A program made the translations under genes and the position numbers. A model generated the notes under the pieces. It did not search any database and was not told the DNA's origin. It worked only from the letters and a program-made list of their open reading frames with translations. From an uncultured Bacteroidales bacterium (GTDB lineage: Bacteria; Bacteroidota; Bacteroidia; Bacteroidales; UBA932): 64,000 nucleotides of DNA. Position 1 is the first letter of the stretch. Every line of letters begins with the position of its first letter. Below, one piece after another: positions 59,141 through 64,000 of the stretch. The stretch is taken from contig CAMBMK010000002.1 of NCBI GenBank assembly GCA_945868745.1, positions 1,770 through 65,769 of the forward strand. Reading direction: 5' to 3'.

Positions 59141-60355
59141 ATGATAATTCTAGTAATCAATTGCGGAAGCTCCTCAATCAAGTACCAGCTGCTTGATATG
59201 AAGAGCGATGATGTCTATGATCTCATTGCAAAAGGCATCGTTGAAAAAATCGGATTGGAAAGCGGTATTTTCCAGTACAAGCCTTCAAAGGGCGAAAAGA
59301 TTGTTCGCGAACTCCCCGTTCCTGACCACAAGGTGGGCATGAAGCTCGTCCTCGATGCCCTTACCGACCCGGAGCACGGCGTGCTTGCTTCCATTGACGA
59401 CATCGAAGCCGTCGGACACCGTATCGTGCAGGGTGCCGACTATTTCAGCGGCAGCGCCCTCGTTGACGAGGATGTCCTCAAAAAGATTGAAATCTGCTGC
59501 GATTTCGCCCCTCTCCACAATCCGGCACACCTCCTCGGCATCAGGGCCGTGCAGCATGTGATTCCGGATGTACCACAGGTGGTTACCTTCGATACAGCAT
59601 TCCACCAGACAATGCCGCAGTATGCGTATATGTATGCGCTCCCATACGAGTATTACGAGAAATATCACGTACGCCGCTACGGTGCCCACGGCACAAGCCA
59701 CCAGTTCGTGTCACAGAAGGGTGCAAAGATGTGCGGCCTCGACATCAACAACTCCAAGATCATCACCTGCCATATCGGAAACGGCAGCTCGGTGACTGCA
59801 GTGCTCAACGGAAAATGCGTTGACACATCAATGGGCTTCACCCCTCTCGAGGGCATGATAATGGGTACAAGGTGCGGCAACATCGACGCCAACGTGGTCC
59901 CTTACATCATGAAGAAGGAGAATCTGACCCCGGACCAGATGACCGAGGTGATGAACAAAAAGAGCGGATTCCTCGGACTTTCCGGAAAGACTTCCGATGC
60001 CCGTGACATGGATGAGCTTGCAAATGCCGGCGACCCGAAGGCAAAGCTTGTACTCAAGAAGCTTACCTACGACCTCATCAAGAACATCGGCCAGTATATC
60101 GCAGTGATGAACGGAGTTGACCTCATCGTCTTCACCGGAGGCATCGGAGAGCACAACAGCCGTCTGCGCCGCCGCGTATGCGAGAACTTCACATATCTCG
60201 GACTCAAGTTCGACTATGAGGCAAACACCGCCTGGGGCGAGGATACAATCATCTCGATGCCTGATTCGCCTGTAAAGGTGGCACTTGTCACAACTGACGA
60301 GGAACTCGTAATCGCACGCGACACGATGCACATCGTCAACAGCCTTGAGGACTGA
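59141..60355 (+). CDS. ackA: Acetate kinase
   Basis: INCGSSSIKY, GHRIV, APLHN, FDTAFH and FTGGIGE motifs; TACATTTG promoter element at 59100-59107. Confidence 0.96.
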   Translation: MIILVINCGSSSIKYQLLDMKSDDVYDLIAKGIVEKIGLESGIFQYKPSKGEKIVRELPVPDHKVGMKLVLDALTDPEHGVLASIDDIEAVGHRIVQGADYFSGSALVDEDVLKKIEICCDFAPLHNPAHLLGIRAVQHVIPDVPQVVTFDTAFHQTMPQYAYMYALPYEYYEKYHVRRYGAHGTSHQFVSQKGAKMCGLDINNSKIITCHIGNGSSVTAVLNGKCVDTSMGFTPLEGMIMGTRCGNIDANVVPYIMKKENLTPDQMTEVMNKKSGFLGLSGKTSDARDMDELANAGDPKAKLVLKKLTYDLIKNIGQYIAVMNGVDLIVFTGGIGEHNSRLRRRVCENFTYLGLKFDYEANTAWGEDTIISMPDSPVKVALVTTDEELVIARDTMHIVNSLED

Positions 60356-61618
60356 TCATTTGAAGAAAAGATTCCTTTCGGGAAACTCTGAAGAATAATT
60401 GCGCCGCAGCTCACTGAAAAGGGCTGCGGTTTTTCTTGCAAGTGCAGGTCCCTTCCAGGTGCTGGTGTTGGTGACGAAAATCCAGCATTCCCCGTCCGGG
60501 AAATACTTGATGAGCGCACTTGTGCCCGAGAATGTGCCTGTGCGTGTCCATCCGATTGCGGGATTGGTGTCGTTCCATCCGAGCGAATAGGTCTTGTCGT
60601 CGCTGTAGAGGGTCATCTCCTCCACGCTTTCATACTCTATGATGTTCTGCATGTCATGCTTCCCGTCAATCGAGGCGACAAATTTGGCAAGTTCCGGCAC
60701 TGAGCCCACCCAGGCCCCTGCTCCGGAAAGGGCAGTGATGTCATTGCCTCCGTAGCAGCGCGTCACAAGGCGTCCGCTGTTGTTGTATTCCTGCACCGGC
60801 TCCTCGTTGGAAGGGACATAGTAGCGGACCTCGTTGGGATATCTATCGGAATAGTAGTTGCCTGCGATGTGGAAATCCATGCATCCGGCCTTGCGGAGCA
60901 CATTCTTCTGGATAAAGTCCTCGTACGGGTCGCCGCTGACCTTTTCAATCACCTTGCTCAAGAGCAGATAGCCGAAATTGGAGTATGACTGGGAGGTCCC
61001 GGGGACAAATCCGAGCCTGCGCCTCAGCACAATCGAAATCAGCTCGTCGGAGGTCGGAGGAGTGTCGAGGCGGTTGTTGACCATTATCGACCTTGTCGAG
61101 AACATCGGGTCCCCGGCCCCTGAAGTGAAGCCTCCCTTGTGCCTCAGGAGGTCCTCCACCGTGATTTTATAGTAGTTTTTGTCTTTGATCGATGATGCAT
61201 ATTCCTCTTTTCCGAGTATGCCGCACTCGCCGAACACCGAATCCCTCAGCGAAAGCTTGCCCTGTTCCTGGAGCACCATGACTCCGGCCGCGGTAATGAG
61301 CTTGGACACGGAGGCGAGCCTCATGATGTGGTACGGCTCCATGGTGACGCCCTTTGCCTCGTCTGCCCATCCGTAGCCCTTGGCATAAAGGAGAGAATCG
61401 TTCCTCATCACGGCGAGCGACGCCCCCTTGAGCTGCCACTGCTGCATATATGCCTCGATTTTGCGGTCCATCTTTTCAAGCGACACGGTATCGGACATCT
61501 CATTTGTGAGCGTCTCGTTCAGCACCACCGGCTCCTTGCGTGGGCCTTCACCCTTCCTGCCCGAACCGCAGGCCGCCAGAAGGCATACGGCCATCAGAAC
61601 TCCTGCAATTTTTCTCAT
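60356..61618 (-). CDS. Serine hydrolase, beta-lactamase/AmpC-like family, lipoprotein
   Basis: SVSK (SxxK), LL.H.GG and YSN motifs; lipobox LAAC. Confidence 0.9.
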   Translation of the reverse strand: MRKIAGVLMAVCLLAACGSGRKGEGPRKEPVVLNETLTNEMSDTVSLEKMDRKIEAYMQQWQLKGASLAVMRNDSLLYAKGYGWADEAKGVTMEPYHIMRLASVSKLITAAGVMVLQEQGKLSLRDSVFGECGILGKEEYASSIKDKNYYKITVEDLLRHKGGFTSGAGDPMFSTRSIMVNNRLDTPPTSDELISIVLRRRLGFVPGTSQSYSNFGYLLLSKVIEKVSGDPYEDFIQKNVLRKAGCMDFHIAGNYYSDRYPNEVRYYVPSNEEPVQEYNNSGRLVTRCYGGNDITALSGAGAWVGSVPELAKFVASIDGKHDMQNIIEYESVEEMTLYSDDKTYSLGWNDTNPAIGWTRTGTFSGTSALIKYFPDGECWIFVTNTSTWKGPALARKTAALFSELRRNYSSEFPERNLFFK

Positions 61619-61620
61619 AC

Positions 61621-62229
61621 CTATGCCAGTCCCATTCTTTTTGCGACATCAACAATGAGGTCTGCCGTGCCCTCTATTCCCAGAATGCCCGAATCAATGC
61701 AAAGGTCATAGTTGCCGGCAACTCCCCAGTCCCCGAAAGTGAAATAATTGTAGTATGTCCTGCGCTTGCTGTCCGTCTTCTCCATCAGCGCCCTGGCCTC
61801 GTCCCGGCCTATTCCCCTGCGCCGGGATATCCTTTCAATCCTGTCCTCTTCGGGTGCTGTGATGAACACGTCAAGGCACTTCATTTCCCTGAGGATGTAG
61901 TCGGAACAGCGGCCGATGAATACTGCGGATTCCTTTTCGGCAATGCCGCGGATGACATTGCTCTGGATGTTGAAAAGCCCGTTGTCTCCTACACAGTTGT
62001 CGGTCAGGCTGTAGCCGCTGCTGGAGAAAAAGCTGGACAATGAGAAAAAGCTCTTTTTCTCGTCGATGTCCGCAAACAGCTGCCTGCTGAATCCGCTTTC
62101 CTCAGCTGCCTTGGTAATCAGCTCGTTGTCATAGACACTGATTCCCAGTTTCCTGCCGACTGCAAGGGCAACTTCCCGCCCTCCGCTGCCGAACTGACGG
62201 CCGATATTGATTATTGTTTTCTTCTCCAT
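61621..62229 (-). CDS. Cytidylate kinase-like family protein
   Basis: IGRQFGSGG, GRCSDYIL and YDLCIDS motifs. Confidence 0.9.
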   Translation of the reverse strand: MEKKTIINIGRQFGSGGREVALAVGRKLGISVYDNELITKAAEESGFSRQLFADIDEKKSFFSLSSFFSSSGYSLTDNCVGDNGLFNIQSNVIRGIAEKESAVFIGRCSDYILREMKCLDVFITAPEEDRIERISRRRGIGRDEARALMEKTDSKRRTYYNYFTFGDWGVAGNYDLCIDSGILGIEGTADLIVDVAKRMGLA

Positions 62230-62271
62230 ATGATATATCTTTTTGGTAATGTGGACTTGTGCAGGACGCTG

Positions 62272-63660
62272 TCAGATGTTGCTGCCCAGTATGGACGGGT
62301 CGTCCCCGTCATTCATTCTGCCGAACTTCCTGAAGAGGCCGGAGATGAAAAGCAGGGTGACAATGGATGCAAGTGCGTCCGAGATAGGGAAGCTGTACCA
62401 TACTCCGCGGACTGAAAACCAGTTGGGGAGTATGTATATGAGCGGAACGAGGAAGAGCAGCTGCCTTGACAGGGACAGGAAAATGCTCTTCTTTATCATC
62501 CCCAGACACTGGAAAAGGTTGGTGGCCACCATCTGGAATGCAATGATGGGGAATGTGAGCACCACAATGCGCAGACCTTTGTCGGCAATCTCAATGAGAG
62601 CCGGGTCATTGGTGAAAATCCTGACCAGCACATCCGGAAAGAACTCTCCGGAGATGAAGCCGAGGGTGGTCGCAATCGTACCCCACATCGCTGTGAGCAG
62701 ATAGACCTTGCGGACCCTGCTGTACTGCCTTGCCCCGTAGTTGTAGCCCGCAATAGGCTGCATTCCCTGGTTGAGTCCCATCACGATCATCACGAAAATG
62801 AATGAAATCCTGTTGACGATTCCGTATGCGCCGATGCTCATGTCGCCTCCGTACTTCATCAGCTGCTGGTTGATGAAAAGGGCTACGATGCATGATGCCG
62901 AATTCATCAGGAACGGGCCCATACCGATTGAAAGAGAGGACTTTGCTACCTTCCAGTCGAGGGATAATATCTTCTCCGGAAGATGCATGAACCTCTTTTT
63001 GTCCATAAAGTACCGCAGCAAATATGTGAGTGCCATCAGCTGGCAGAGGACGGTGGCAAGTGCCGCGCCCCTGATTCCCATTCCGAAAACAAAGATGAAG
63101 ACTGGGTCGAGTATCGTATTGGAAATCACGGTAAACAGCGTGAGCTCCATCGCCATTTTCGGATTGCCCGATGCCCTGAGGACATTGTTGAGGCCGAAAT
63201 ACAGATGCGTCACGACATTGCCGTAGAGGATGATCTGCATATATTCCCGCGCGAAGGGAAGGGTATTGGAGCTTGCTCCGAAAAATGTCAGGATCGGGTC
63301 GAGGAACAGAAGGCATATGACGGAAAATGCCGTTCCTATGATAGTGTTGAGGGTGACCTCGTTGGCAAGGACCGTGTTGGCCGCCTTGTAGTTCTTCTGC
63401 CCGAGAAGCACCGAAATCATCGTTGACGCACCAATCCCGACAAGCGTTCCGAGGGCCGTGGAGAGGTTCATCAGCGGAAATGTGACCGCAAGTCCCGAAA
63501 TGGCCAGCGAACCTTCTCCCGGGATATGCCCGATGAAGATGCTGTCCACCATATTATAAAGAGAAGATGCAGTCATGGCGATGATGCCCGGGACTGCATA
63601 TTCTTTCAGAAGGGTGCCTACCTTCTTTGTTCCAAGTTCAACAGGTGCTGTACCAGCCAT
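62272..63660 (-). CDS. MATE family efflux transporter
   Basis: YNMVDSIF, N.ILDP.FI and QPIAGYNYGA motifs; about 12 TM segments. Confidence 0.93.
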   Translation of the reverse strand: MAGTAPVELGTKKVGTLLKEYAVPGIIAMTASSLYNMVDSIFIGHIPGEGSLAISGLAVTFPLMNLSTALGTLVGIGASTMISVLLGQKNYKAANTVLANEVTLNTIIGTAFSVICLLFLDPILTFFGASSNTLPFAREYMQIILYGNVVTHLYFGLNNVLRASGNPKMAMELTLFTVISNTILDPVFIFVFGMGIRGAALATVLCQLMALTYLLRYFMDKKRFMHLPEKILSLDWKVAKSSLSIGMGPFLMNSASCIVALFINQQLMKYGGDMSIGAYGIVNRISFIFVMIVMGLNQGMQPIAGYNYGARQYSRVRKVYLLTAMWGTIATTLGFISGEFFPDVLVRIFTNDPALIEIADKGLRIVVLTFPIIAFQMVATNLFQCLGMIKKSIFLSLSRQLLFLVPLIYILPNWFSVRGVWYSFPISDALASIVTLLFISGLFRKFGRMNDGDDPSILGSNI

Positions 63661-63679
63661 TTGTGGAGTCTCCTTTTTT

Positions 63680-64000
63680 TTAGTCAGCCGGGTCAACCTG
63701 TTCTATCTCGAAAATGAGCGGGGAATACGGCGGGATCTTGCTGCCGCTTCCCGTATAACCGTATCCGAGGCCGGAAATGAACAGGCCGGTATATCTTCCG
63801 TGACTTTTCATCCTCCATACTGTTTCCTTGAATCCCGTGATCATGTCGGATTCATTGGAAGTCATCGTGAGCGAGTAGGCATCGTCAGCCCAGTTGATGA
63901 CTATGGGCTCGTAGGTGCTGCTTGAGGAGTATATGCCGTATTTCTTCGCAGTGTCCCTGATGGTGGTGTCGAACACCTGGCCGTTGAGGAGCCTGCCCGT
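63680..64000 (-). CDS. FKBP-type PPIase domain protein (3' part; runs off the right edge)
   Basis: GRLLNGQVFDT, MITGF, LGYG and IPPYSPLIFEIE motifs. Confidence 0.8.
   Translation of the reverse strand, partial: TGRLLNGQVFDTTIRDTAKKYGIYSSSSTYEPIVINWADDAYSLTMTSNESDMITGFKETVWRMKSHGRYTGLFISGLGYGYTGSGSKIPPYSPLIFEIEQVDPAD

Noticed and set aside
60356-61618. Beta-lactamase resistance gene
   Set aside because: It is a generic SxxK serine-hydrolase lipoprotein, and resistance function cannot be supported from the sequence.

Overview
This window is a gene-dense stretch of core chromosome from a Bacteroidales bacterium. The assignment rests on repeated TAnnTTTG promoter motifs, Bacteroidota-type gene families and gene order, and GC3-rich codon usage. 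About 45 intact CDSs cover housekeeping (asnS, metG, dnaG, recQ, AddAB-like pair, ftsK, queA, udk, ackA), envelope and TonB motor functions (exbB-exbD-exbD, TonB-like protein, putative porin, MltF-like, LolE-like, LolA-like), proteases, oxidative stress (reverse rubrerythrin) and competence-related genes (dprA, a short comEC). I saw no rRNA, tRNA, CRISPR array, transposase or integrase. The only accessory-looking region is about 1.2-6.1 kb. It holds a decayed, AT-richer islet: a truncated WYL-regulator N-terminus, a frameshifted gene relic, an intact Bro-N-like/class III Fic fusion, a frameshifted TPR relic and three tandem hairpins. Next to it is a self-contained two-gene unit encoding a tandem DUF4859-like lipoprotein and an HExxH (DUF6055-like) lipoprotein. 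These are the best candidates for an uncharacterised system. Other points of interest are a structured ~190-nt leader before an aminotransferase, a porin N-terminus with 12 O-glycosylation sequons, and a ~40-aa insertion in MetG. All family assignments come from motif recognition by eye, not from database searches.
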